Shown piece by piece: positions 37,787 to 49,586 of a stretch of DNA of 64,000 bases. Source of the DNA: Lama glama (lineage: Eukaryota); assembly GCA_028534125.1 (NCBI GenBank), contig CM052817.1, positions 15,068,001 through 15,132,000 of the forward strand, in the 5' to 3' direction. The first letter of the stretch is position 1. Each line of letters opens with the position of its first letter. A program made the position numbers and the translations under genes. The notes under the pieces were generated by a model. That model saw only the letters and a program-made list of their open reading frames with translations, was not told the DNA's origin and did not search any database.

Positions 37787-37985
37787 ATAGTGTGCTAGAG
37801 CCAGCTGGCATTGGCTCCTGAGAGCTGATGGCACATTTTTTTGCAACTCAGTGTTCAGTGACATCTCTCTGGGTGATCAAAATTTGCCATGCTGGAAATA
37901 CTTACATCATGGAAGTGAGCAAATGATACACGTCAGGCCCTTTTCTTCAGAGAGTTTGTTGTTAAGCATTTGCATGCTCTATATT
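37787..37985. mobile_element. MER63-like hAT-Blackjack transposon
   Basis: TAGTGTGCTAGAGCCAGCTGGCATTGGCTCCTGAGAGCTGAT...TTGTTAAGCATTT. Confidence 0.75.
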
Positions 37986-38559
37986 GCTTTCATCCCTTTA
38001 CTTCTCTCCACTTGGTATTTTCTGAGTATCCTTTATTAGATAAATGGTCCTTGCCTCAGACTCAAGTGAAATGGGAGTTGTCCATTGACTTAGGAAAAAC
38101 AGCTGATGGAAATAAAATTTTTATTTCATAAAAATGCATCTAAATCAACATATTGCATCACTTGATTTGAAAATTAATTTCATCCATATAGAACAAAAGT
38201 CTAATTAAAATGAGGTTCGGGGGTGTCATTATAGCTTGCACAACTCTGAGTAAGAGATTCCAGAAAGACATTCTGTTTTGGTTTGGGAACAAATACAGCC
38301 TTGCTTTAGAATCTGAGTAGCTCTCATTGCATATTCTTTAATTGTTTAATATGTGTAAGTGTAGCCATCAAGTGCCTAGAATCCAAAACACAATCAATAA
38401 ACACAGGAAGAGTGAATGAATAACAAAATTGCAAGCATTTGAGGGAAAATATAATATATTATGCTTCTCTTGTGTTCTTTCACAGTTTATTACAGTACTA
38501 GGAACATCATTTGTAAATAAATATTTTGGTTTTTTTTTCTTGACTCTGTGCATCTTTAA

Positions 38560-39022
38560 TCATTTTTTATTGAAGTATAGTCAGTTTATAATATTATGTC
38601 AGTTTCTGGTATACAGCATAATGTTTCAGTCATACATATACATACATATTATTTCTTTCCATATTCTTTTTCATTATAGGCCATTACGAGATATTGAATG
38701 TAGTTCCCTGTGCTATGCAGTATATAAACTTATTTATCTATTATATATATAGCAGTTAGTATCTGCAAGCATCAAACTCCCAATTTATCCTTTCCTATCC
38801 CCTTTCCTCCTGGTGACCAAATAAGTTTGTTCTCTGTGTCTTTGAGCCTTTTTCTGTTTTGTAAATAAGTTCATTTATGTCCTTTTTTTTTCAAAGATTC
38901 CACATATAAGTGATATCATATTGCATTTTTTTTTCCTCTTTCTGGCTTCACTCAGAATGACAATTTCTCGGTCCATCCTTGTTGCTGCAAATGGCATTCT
39001 TTTATTCTTTTTTACGGCTGAT
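38560..39022 (-). mobile_element. Relatively young L1 3' end
   Basis: TTTTATTGAAGTATAGTCAGTTTA...TAGTTCCCTGTGCTATGCAGTA...AGATTCCACATATAAGTGATATCATA. Confidence 0.92.
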
Positions 39023-39464
39023 AAATACTTTGTTTTTAACTTGGATTAGAGAGTTTTTATTAGGTAGTTTGACAAACTGGGTAAATGAAAAAAGCTAGAT
39101 ATTTTGTTAACTGATTTTAATTTTGATACTACAATGGTTAGAATTTTTTGATTCCTTTTTTGGAGCATAGTATTTATTTCATTTATTCAACACGTTAGTT
39201 TTGAGCACCTGTAAGCTGCCTAGCTTTTCAATCGTATATTGAGGGTAGAGTACATGAAGAATATATTTCTAAACAAGAAGCCTGAGGCTATGGAATTTTT
39301 TTTTGTGTGGTTTAATTTTGATTTCCATTTCTGAACTATTATATTTTTCTCTAAATATATAGCTCTCAAATAGAAGAAAGTATTTAACCTTTGTCATGGC
39401 AATGGTTCAAACCAAAAACATCTTTCTATATGCAGAATTGTTTCTGCATAACTGTTTAGTTATT

Positions 39465-39690
39465 GAGGTAATGTATGTATGCCAGGAACTACGTGTCAAG
39501 CACCGCTCTAAGTAGTTTACAAATATTAACTCAACTAATTTCATTGTCCTGATTTTACAGATGTGAAAATCAAGGTGTAGAAAAGGTAGGTAGTTTATTC
39601 CAGATCACATAGATGACAGTGGGAAATTCAGATTTAAACCCAGGTGATCTAGCTCCAGACTCTAAGCCCTTAACCTCACATTGTTCTGCC
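39465..39690 (-). mobile_element. MIR SINE
   Basis: ACTACGTGTCAAGCACCGCTCTAAG...ATTTTACAGATGTGAAAATCAAGG...TTTAAACCCAGG. Confidence 0.8.
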
Positions 39691-39819
39691 TCCCTGAGGG
39701 ACTATAGGATCTATAACCACAGAGAAGGAGCTGGCCGGAAGGAGGCAAGAAGATGAAGTAGTGATCATCTGGGAACTCAACTGAGTGGAAAAAGTGATCA
39801 GAGATGCCTTCAAAATGCA

Positions 39820-40310
39820 CATATAAGGAGATTTAAAGCAGAATTATTTGCATTAATCCCAAATCAGAAAAAATATGACAAGGTCTACCAACAGTAAAAT
39901 AAATTAAGAAGGAAAACAAAATGCACACATGATGGAGTTCTGTACAGTAAGGGAAAGGAATAGACTGCTGTTACCCACAACCAAGTACAAAAGTATCACA
40001 AACCTAATACTGAGCAAAAAACTGAGCTATAAATGATTACATGCTGTATTATTCTGTTTATATAAGATGAAAAACTTTATATAAATGGCAAAAATACTCT
40101 ACGGGGCTAAAAGTAATGGATATGGCTACTTTTAAGGAAAAGAATGACTGAGAGTGGGTAATAGGGCTTTCTGATCTGTTGGCAGTCTTCTGTTTCTCGA
40201 CCTGGGTGGTAGTCCTGTGGGTGTGTCCACTTACTGACAATTCACTGACCTCTACAGTTATGATTTTTGCCTCTTTTGTATGAGTGTTATAGTTCAGCAA
40301 TAAATTAAGA
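39820..40310 (+). mobile_element. L1ME-like 3' end
   Basis: ACAAACCTAATACTGAGCAAAA...TACATGCTGTATTATTC...GTTTCTCGACCTGGGTGGTAG...TGTTATAGTTCAGCAATAAA. Confidence 0.75.
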
Positions 40311-40467
40311 AATATTGCCTGGGAGGGGTGGGTAACAGGAAAAAAATGGTATAATTGAGGCTAGAGATAGGGTTGGGTTGAAAAACAACAAAGTTAGAGA
40401 TAAAAAGGCAAATTATTTATATATAATATATTTAACCAATTAGCCCTGATTGTCTTGACTTAGATAC

Positions 40468-41140
40468 TGTGAGTTGGCAAGCTTTTCTATAAAAGGCCTG
40501 ATATAGTAAATATTTTAGGCTTTGCAGGCCACGTACAGTCTCTTTCACATACTAATTTTCTTTCTTCCTGTTTTAGCAACTTTTAAAAAATGTAAGAACC
40601 ATTCTTAGCCTGCTGGTTATTAAAAAACAGCCACTTTGGGTAATTATGAGGTATCAATGTAGGTTCATCAATTGTAACAAATGTACTGCTCTGGTAGGCG
40701 ATGCGGGTAATGGGAGGGGAGGCCATGCACCTAGGGGAGCAGGAGCTTACAGGAAATATCTGTACCTTCTCTCAATTTTGCTGTGAGCCTAAACTCCTCT
40801 AAAAAAATCTTAATTAAAATACAGAAACAGGAAACTATACTCAATGTCTTGTAATAATGGAAAAGAACATATGTATGTATGTATATGACTGGGATCTTAT
40901 GCTGTACACCAGAAATTGACATATTGTAACTGATTATACTTAAATTAAAAAAATCAGAAAATTTGAAAAAGAGTATGGAAAGGAATACATATATGTACAA
41001 GTATGGCTGAAACATTATGCTGTACAGCAGAAGTTGACACATGGTAAACTGACTATATCAATGAAAATAAAAACAAAAATAATCCACAAAAAACAAGCCA
41101 CAGAAAATTTGTCCTCAGAGCTATCATTTGTTTACCCCTC
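40468..41140. mobile_element. MER58A-like transposon split by nested L1 fragments (about 40636-41085)
   Basis: GTTGGCAAGCTTTTCTATAAAAGGCC...TAGTAAATATTTTAGGCTTTGCAGGCC; resumes at about 41088 and ends TTTGTTTACCCCT. Confidence 0.8.
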
Positions 41141-41829
41141 AGCTAAGCTCAGGGTAACACTAAAATTATTAAAATGCAGTTTTTTCCCTCCACAGTCCAT
41201 TAATTTATTCATGCAACCTATCTCCATTGAATATCTCCTATGTGCTTTAAGTGGATGAAACAGCTGTATGCACCTGTAAATTACAGAACAATGTGATGAC
41301 TACCCTACCCGAGGTACCATCAAACCTCTTGAGTAGAAAGAACATGCCATTTTCTCTAAATTAAAGTCAAATTTCAACTTTAATTTTGAAATAGTTCAGA
41401 TTGACTAGGTAGAGAAATGGAAGGCATCCCATATAGGGGCTACATCATGAGTAAATCCACACAGGTGCGGTATAAGCATATATTTATAAGGGAAGGTTAG
41501 TATATTATCTTACTTCATGTGATTGGAGCATCATGTGTGTAGAATGACAGAGGTGAGGCTAGAGCAGTGTTTCAAAAATTTTCACATCATGGCACATATA
41601 TGCCTTCTATATCTGGAGCCCTGAGTTAAGCAGATGAGACCACTTGTGACTGGAAGAATGGGTCCAGGAACTCATGTGTTCCCTGGTCCCACAAGTCTTC
41701 CCTGAGATCTGAGTGTATCCCTCTGCCCACTCACACCTGCTGGCACTCCATTTGGGAAGTTCTGGAGCAACTGGAGAAGAATTGATTGAGCAGGTGGGTT
41801 TAAGGTCAGGTGGAATTTTGGTGGCTTTG

Positions 41830-42030
41830 TATCTTCCAAGGCTGAGGCTCAAATTCTGTTTCTGTCACTTATTGGCTGGATGAACTAAGTAAGGTATTTT
41901 GAAATCTCTTTGCTTTCATTTCTGCCTCTGTAAAATGCTAATAGTACCTAGAAGGGATCTTTTGAAGCTTAAAATGAATGAGACACGGTATATAAGGCTT
42001 TTGCTGCAGAGTCAACACTCAACAAATTGT
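41830..42030 (+). mobile_element. MIR SINE
   Basis: CTCAAATTCTG...CTGTCACTTATTGGCTG...CTGTAAAATG...ATAGTACCTA. Confidence 0.75.
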
Positions 42031-43454
42031 TTATTTCTCCTTCACGTTTTCAAGCTCCCTACTCACAGTAAAAACAACAACAACAACAACAAAATCCTTT
42101 GATGAGAAATCCCATGCCCTTTCTAATCACTACACCCACTGCCTGGGGATAGTGGTAGGGTTTTTCTGGCGTGGGAGGAAGAATGATAAGTGAAGAGAAA
42201 CCACAAAATAGTGAGTAAATCTATTGCTTTGGCACTCTTACTTCTAATGATGACTTTTCTTTAGAAAGAGAGAGGTCATCAGCTCTCAGATCACATAGGT
42301 GTGAGGTGTACTGTCTGTGTTAGGAGACACCTTTTTCTTTTTCTCCTTCCTTCCCGTTTTTATAAGCCGAAGGTGCAGGGTGGGCTGTGACTCGGAGGTG
42401 AACTGAGGACTCTGGTTAAACGTGGCTTTGAAGGAAACTCGTCAGCTGACTTCAACAGGAACATCTGTGGGTTCATATTGGCCAAGTCCCTAGAGATTTT
42501 TTTCACTGCTGAACATGCTACTTTCCAACTGTTCAAGATAGTGGCTCAGAGCTGTGCACATATTTTGAGATGCATTCTGCTGATTGGATTATTTTTAAAG
42601 CCTATTTCTTATCTAAAGTATTTCCTTTAATTGCTTCTTTTTGGCCTGATGTTAGGTCTCAGTGAGGTTGTTCCAAGTCTAGAATCATAGATACTAATCT
42701 CCAAAATTGGAAGTAGCCACCCCATCACTTTCCAGATGAGGAAATTGATACCCCTTGGGGTGAAAAATTGCTCAAGTCACACAGATATCTCATTCTTTCT
42801 TCTTTCCCTTCTTTCTCCCTCCCTCTCTTCCTTATTTGTTGAATGACTCCCAGATGCCATGCACTGTTTTCAGTGTTAATGATACAAAGAGACGTATGAC
42901 ACAGACTGCTGAACTCTTAGTCTAGTGCAGCTGGAGTGGTGTAAACCAATTATTCCTCTAGACATGATAAGTGATTGCATAGAGGGGCACACAGGATTTC
43001 AAGAGAACCCAGAAGAGGGCCAACTAAATTAGAGACTCAGGGGAATTGACTCGAGTGGAATGTCAGAGGATGTGTTGGATACGAGTGGGTTGCATAGGGA
43101 GTGAGGTGTGAGAATACAGATGAGAGAGATTATCTTCCAGACAGAGGGAAGCATACACTGTAATAGCATCCGATGTTCACTACATTTTCCTGAATTTATT
43201 TATTTATGGAGAGAGAGAGAGAGTGAGGAAGCGAGGGAGGGAGGGAGAGAATTAGAGAGAAAGAATATAAAATTCCACAAGGAATGTGACTCCTGCTCTT
43301 CTGGTCTGTGCTTGTGTGTTGTGCATCTCTCCCCAGCCCAAGGGAGTCATCATTGAGTCTCACACTCGTGGAGTAGAGAGGGGCAACTTCACAGCCATTG
43401 TTACAGGCATGTAACAGGCATCTCACCAAGCCAGTGCAATCCAGAACTATTTTG

Positions 43455-43580
43455 TTTGTTTTATGAGGGGGAGGTAATTAAGTTTATTCATCTATTTTTA
43501 TTTGGAGGAGGTACTGGGAATTGAACCCGGGACCTTGTGTGTGCTAAGCGTGTACTCTACCACTTGAGCTATACCCTCCC
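43455..43580 (-). mobile_element. tRNA-derived camelid-type SINE (Vic-1-like) with perfect 14-bp TSD
   Basis: Antisense GGGAGGGTATAGCTCAAGTGGTAGAG...CCCGGGTTCAATTCCCAGTACC; TSD CCAGAACTATTTTG at 43441 and 43581. Confidence 0.95.
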
Positions 43581-45154
43581 CCAGAACTATTTTGATTATA
43601 CATAATTTTATAAGCTGAGTGTAAAGCTGAAACTCCTGTAAGATGCTCTTCCATTTATAAAGGCATTCCTCCCAAGAACTTATCCATAGGGGTTTTCATT
43701 ATGGTGAACTGGTTGCCTGAGTTGGCTTTAGGAAATGCAATTTTTTCTATTGATTCGACGAAGATAAATTTTATGGCTGCCATGCACCATCTTCTCTGAT
43801 CTCTTTTATTAGAGATGGTGTTGAAAGAGCTGTGAAGTCAATAAACAAAGTTAACTAAGTGCACAACTTTTACTTTCCTAGCTCTGCATAAAGCCCAGAG
43901 CCGGTGTGATCCTGAGATACAGCTTCCCCCTAGGTCATGCCAAGGGGCTTCCATTATCTCTAAGAAGCACACACTCCAGAGCATCTTATTAATGATATTT
44001 AATTACATTGAAATTAATGATGTTTTTCATCTGATCCTGGGCTGATTTTACAGCTGGGAGATAGGTGGGGGTGACTTGGGTTTTTCTGTCTCTCCATCTC
44101 AGCAGTCAAGTGCCCCCTTTTATCTCTGTTGATTCTCTGCTTTTTCCAGGTGCCCTGCTCCTCCACCTGCATTTCCTTCTCTGACTACCTTCCCTCCCTT
44201 TGCCAGTAATAATTAGCTACCCCAGCCATAGAAATGATCCATTTCCACATGAGGGTTTCTGATGATGTGGACAATGCAGTATTTCTCAACAGGGTTTAAT
44301 TTGCATATATCCTGGCCATAACTTCATTGGGTTTGAAACATAGAGATTGTCAAATGAACACTATCTGATAGCTTAAACAATGCAATAGTTTTAGCGGACT
44401 CTAATCTCATCATTGTATACTTGAGTGCTCTGGGTTTTGCTGATGAAAATCTTTACAGAAGTGGAATGGAGTATTCAATTCTCAGGTTCAGGGCTTGTTA
44501 TTATTTCCCAATGAAAATAATGGGGATTGTAGATAGGATTTACCGAACTTGAACTGTATTGATGGTTTTTGTTTTGTTTGAGCAAAAACAGGTGTTTGGG
44601 GGAATTAGACATTTCTGTTGTGAACTGTAATACAATAGCATTGAGAATGAAATGTTTAAAAACTGAGTATAGGGCTTGGTGATGAAAGTGAATTGGATTG
44701 TGGCAATTCTTTCAGAGTTCAAAGTCTTAGGCTATTTAATGGATTCAAAGAAAGAGTAAATTGGAAATATACTCTATTTGGATTTTTTGTTCTTGGGAAA
44801 TGGTAAGAAATTCAGTCCTTGAATAATGCTTTGTCGTATTGACAACCTGACTATTGATTTATTAGGGCAGAAAACCAGAAGTATTACTTCAAATAATTTC
44901 CCTATTTAATTCTTTGTCTATTTATCTCAAACTCTCCCTTAATCTCTGCTCTGTCCCACCCACCAAAAGCCAAAAAGATCTACAAAATGATATTAAAATA
45001 ATAATACAATAATAATAACAGCAACTAAAATTAAAATATCTCATTGCATCCATTCAGGTAAATTTCAACATTATTGTAAAATTGTGAATTCCCCAATTAT
45101 CTCTGCCTCTGACCCTAGGATGCACATTCTTTTCTTCTTCCTTATTCTCTTGGC

Positions 45155-45560
45155 TCATTCACTTATTCATTCATTCACTGGACAGATATTTATAGACATC
45201 TGCTATCCACCAGATGTTATGATAGGCACTAGGGAAGCAATCATGGACCACACATGATCTCAACTCTGATGGATACTGTGATCCAGGAGAGGAGGCTTAC
45301 ATTAATCTATAAATCACACCATTAGAAATGTGCGATTATAATTGTGACAAATGCTAGGAAGAACAAGTGTATGGTGTCAGGAGAGCTTACAGAGGTAAGG
45401 TTTGACTTACCCTGGAGGATCTGGAAAGCTTTTCTGTAGAAACAACTATGGAGTTGAGAGCTGAAGGAACCATAGGAAGGTAGTGAAGGTGTTTTCTAAA
45501 TCAAAGATGCTCTGTGTGCAACAATCTTGCAGTGAGAAGGAGAATGGCACCAGAGCACAA
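45155..45560 (-). mobile_element. L2 3' region
   Basis: TTATTCATTCATTCA...ATATTTATAGACATCTGCTA...GTTGAGAGCTGAAGGA. Confidence 0.8.
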
Positions 45561-46994
45561 CAGCCTTACCCTCTTTAGACAAGAGTTTGGGTGTTTGGTT
45601 ATTTCTCTTTTCCTTTGTGGGTGGTGACATCCTTTGTACTTCAGATTCCTGGAGATGAAAACTTTCTCCCTGAGAACGTGGTCCCCAAAGGAGAAGAAGA
45701 AAAGGGTAGGGTTTTCTTCCTAGTGCCAACTCTCTTGCCCTCTGGTTCTCCTCCCTCAGCCTTATCAGAATTGATGAAGGATGGGGTAGACTGAAGAGGG
45801 CCAGTCTGGACATGAGCTATGAGAAGGTGTGTGAGGGTCCAGTTGCAATTTTCTAGCTGGCAGCACGCTCAGTGGAAAGAATCCTAGACTTAGACTCAAA
45901 CAATTGGACTTTGCAGGGTGAGTCATTTAACTTCTCTGAGTCTCAATGTTCCTCATCTAATGAGTGGTTGTGAGGTTCCAATGGGACAACAGTGCCAGCA
46001 AACATAACACACTTCTTTATATATGTAAGAAACAATTTTATTGTTATTACTTATTCAGAAATTCCAGGAAGGTTCAGTACACTTTTCAAATAGAATCTCA
46101 GAAGGAAGTTTGTTTTTAATCAGTGACCAGAATATATATTTTAAAATATATGTTCTAAAATAGAATAATGATACACTATCTCCTGAAGATAATGCTAGGA
46201 CTAAAGGATGGTGTTGACCACTTGAGTTAGGGTGCATCTCACTGCTGTGTTTACTGGAGAAATGGATCATTTGGGCAGTTCTGCTCACCAACTCGACTCT
46301 ATTTAAAGTCTTAGTTCAATTCAGTCACCATATGTGGACACAGCTGGTGCTTGCCGAAACAGAATTGGATCACTTTCTGAGATGATTCAGATCTTCAAAG
46401 TACTTCAACTGAAATATCAAATAAGTGAAGCAAAGGGTCATTGTGCTTTAAATAGAGACATTATCAGGATGGGTCTCCTCCAGATCTGACACAAACTAAT
46501 AGGTTTTAAGACCTTCTGACCCTCACTGTTCCTATCACTAAAGGGACTGGAAAAGAAGGGAAGTCTAAAATTCATTTTAGGGCTAACATTGCACGCTAAA
46601 AATTTATTTAATCACTGTCAGGAGGTGTTCGAGTCCAGCAGACTTGAATTCTTTTTTTTTTTTTTGTTTTTTTGGAGATAAAATACTTCAGTGTGCATAG
46701 TATCTACAGAAAGAAGAGCAAATTATAAGCACCTGCCAGAAATTTCAGAAGAAATTTCCCATTGAGCAAGAAAGGATGAGTCAACTTTACTTCTACAGTA
46801 TCCGCTATTACTAATTTGAGATTTATGGGAAGTCAGTGGTAATACATTTATGTGATGTCATACTGTTTTTTTATTTTAGTCAACCTAAATGTTAAAGGTT
46901 TTATTGTTTTGTTTTGTTTACAGAAATGACTTTTTTTAAGAAAAATAGCTTTTGCAAAACAAAAAATATTCAGTGAGTAGCATAGTTTTACATT

Positions 46995-47380
46995 AAAAAA
47001 AACACTGTATTGAGGTATGATTGAATACAAAAATCTGTACATATTTAATGCATACAGTTTGATGAGTTTGGAAATAAATACACACCCCTGAAGTCATCAT
47101 GATTCATGTCGTACACCTATTCACCACCTCCCAAGTTTCCCTCCACCCTCTTTTTAATTTTTGTTAATATATTTATGATAAGAATACAGCATAAGATTTA
47201 CTCTCTTAGTCAAATTTTATATGTACAATATAGTATTGTTAACTGTAGGCACCATGCTATCCAGCAGAGCTCTAGGACCTATTCGTCTTACAGAATGGAA
47301 ACTGCATATCTTTTGAACAATACCTCTCCTTTCCCTCTTCCCCCAGCCCCTGGTAGACACCATTCCACTCTGCTCCTCTG
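46995..47380 (-). mobile_element. L1MA/MB-like 3' end
   Basis: TATTGAGGTATGATTG...CTGTACATATTTAATG...AGTATTGTTAACTGTAGGCACCATG...CCAGCCCCTGGTAGACACCATTC. Confidence 0.88.
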
Positions 47381-49369
47381 ATTAACAGACCCAAATCATC
47401 ATCCCAGGCTCTCTTACCTATTGCCTTTTGACCTTAGGCAAATTATCTAGACTCGCATGCCTACTCCCTCTTGTAAACCAGAGGTATAAATACTTATCTT
47501 GCAGGGTTTCCATGAAGATAAATGGACATAAACATGAGATACATTTATGAGACTCTCTCATGCATATTGAGCACTAAATAAATGTTTATTACTTTCCATT
47601 TTGTTTTCTTTTCTACCTGAGTTTGTAGGAGTGTATTTGGTTTATGTGAGTTTCTGTACTTTAACCGGCCTCATCGAATTTAGAACTTCTTGAGTGGAAT
47701 GGGGACCCACCAAATTCTGCACGGTTCAAAGCCAATAACTGTTCATCACATAGAAAATGCTTGAAATTCCTCAACACTCTGAGACAGAAATAAATTTCCA
47801 TTACTTCCAATTATTTCACTTGTAATAATTAGGTATCAATCTTATGACTCATGATATTGCCTTATATTGAAATATAAGGAAGACAAATGCTTAAGAAGGA
47901 AAGGGGAAAATGAGTGTGAGATATTAAAAAAGTTCCCTATCCATTTCTGAAATAAATGTAGTGTGCTTGTTTTTGAAGGAATTGCTGCTTCAGGGGAGAA
48001 AGGTGAAAATCTATTAAAGAGGAAAAAGTTTCTAAAGAAGTTGAGAGGTTTCTTTTTATTTCCTTAAACAAATTCTTACTGCCAAGTATTGGCTCTTGGA
48101 AAACAGGGTTAGCCAGCTATAAAGTTGTAATAGAAAATAGCAAAGGCAATGAAATGTGCAATTAAGGATCACACACCCCAGATATCTTCTAGTTCATTAC
48201 TCATCCTCCTATCTCGGCCCAGGAGTTTTCTCAATCTCTTGCTTTTTACTCCCAGACTCAAGTACAGTGAAACTGATGATAAGGTTCACTCTTTTTTATA
48301 GTGTTTCCTTGCACAAAGCAATGATCTCTTAAAGATGAAGTTTAATGCTCCCGCAGGAAATGAGGTCCATTTTAGACTTTTTTTTCTGCATGGTAGCGTT
48401 CTCTTTTTCTCAGTGAGTTTTATAAGCTAGATCAGTAGTCATAGGGATTTTTTTTTTTACTGGAGTCACCAGTAGAGGGAGTTCAAACCAAGCTGTGTGA
48501 AATTTGGGGGAAGGGGTAGTTCTAGAACTTTCCAGGGTGCTATGTATCATGGGCTGAATTCAGGGGACTGAGGGAATCAGATGTAGATGGAATTATTCAT
48601 TGATTCTTTCAAAAAACACTGAGCTGAGACAGGTGATGAAGATTAAAAAGAGAGAGAAAGAGAGTATCTATACTCTCCTCAAAGGGTTTATGGTTTGGTG
48701 AGGGAATGTCTATGTGAGCCCATCGACTATAAAACCTTGTTCTTGGTATAATTACAGGATATGAACAAAATCCTTTATGGATGGGACCCAGGATGGGAAC
48801 TGCTAAGTTGACCAGGTTGGTGGTAGGGGCTGAGAGGAAGGTCGTATGTTCAGTGTGGGTCCCAAAGTAATGAGACAGGGTCCTTCTCTTCAAAGGATCT
48901 AGTAAGCTGGGAAGGTGGGGTCATGGATTCTATAAGCCTGGAAGTGAGATATTTAGCAGAGACCCTGAAGACTCAGGGTTAGAACACCTTTTTTTTCTGC
49001 CACTAAATGACTCTGTGACCTTAACCAGTCACTTAATTATTTAGAGCTTTACTCAGGTATAAATGAAGTGGGGTTGGTGGTTCAGTACTTTAAATTCTCT
49101 TCTATGATGAATGCCGAGAAGCATAGCAAGGGGACGTAGGGGTAAAGAACATGGAAACCTGTGGTCTGTTACTGGTGGAGTAGCCTATGCGCCCTTCGGT
49201 TACCTCCTCAAGTCACTGTCCACCACTGTGGTGCTCACAAAGTCCCCTTTGATCACTCTTCCTCATTGATGTCCTGAGCAGTTAGGAGTGTTCTTAAATG
49301 TGAGTTAGGAATAATCCACTCAAAAACCAATATCCCCAGCTGGGACAAATTCATTGTGGTTTAGGGGAC

Positions 49370-49586
49370 CTCCCTTTGTGTTTCCACAGGTACCTGTGCT
49401 TACCTCTAGTATAAGAAGTGTAACTATGTATTGTAATAGGTTAGTTGTTTAGCCTGCTGTTTGAGGAGAGGAGGAAGTCCCAATAATGTCTCCATTGCAA
49501 AACTCAGCACAGTAGGAATGCAGTAAATGCTTAACGCATGTTGGCTGGATGAATGGATGAATGAATGAATCAATGAGTGAATGAAT
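49370..49586 (+). mobile_element. L2 3' end with (TGAA)n tail
   Basis: CAGCACAGTAGG...CAGTAAATGCTT...GGATGAATGGATGAATGAATGAAT. Confidence 0.75.
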
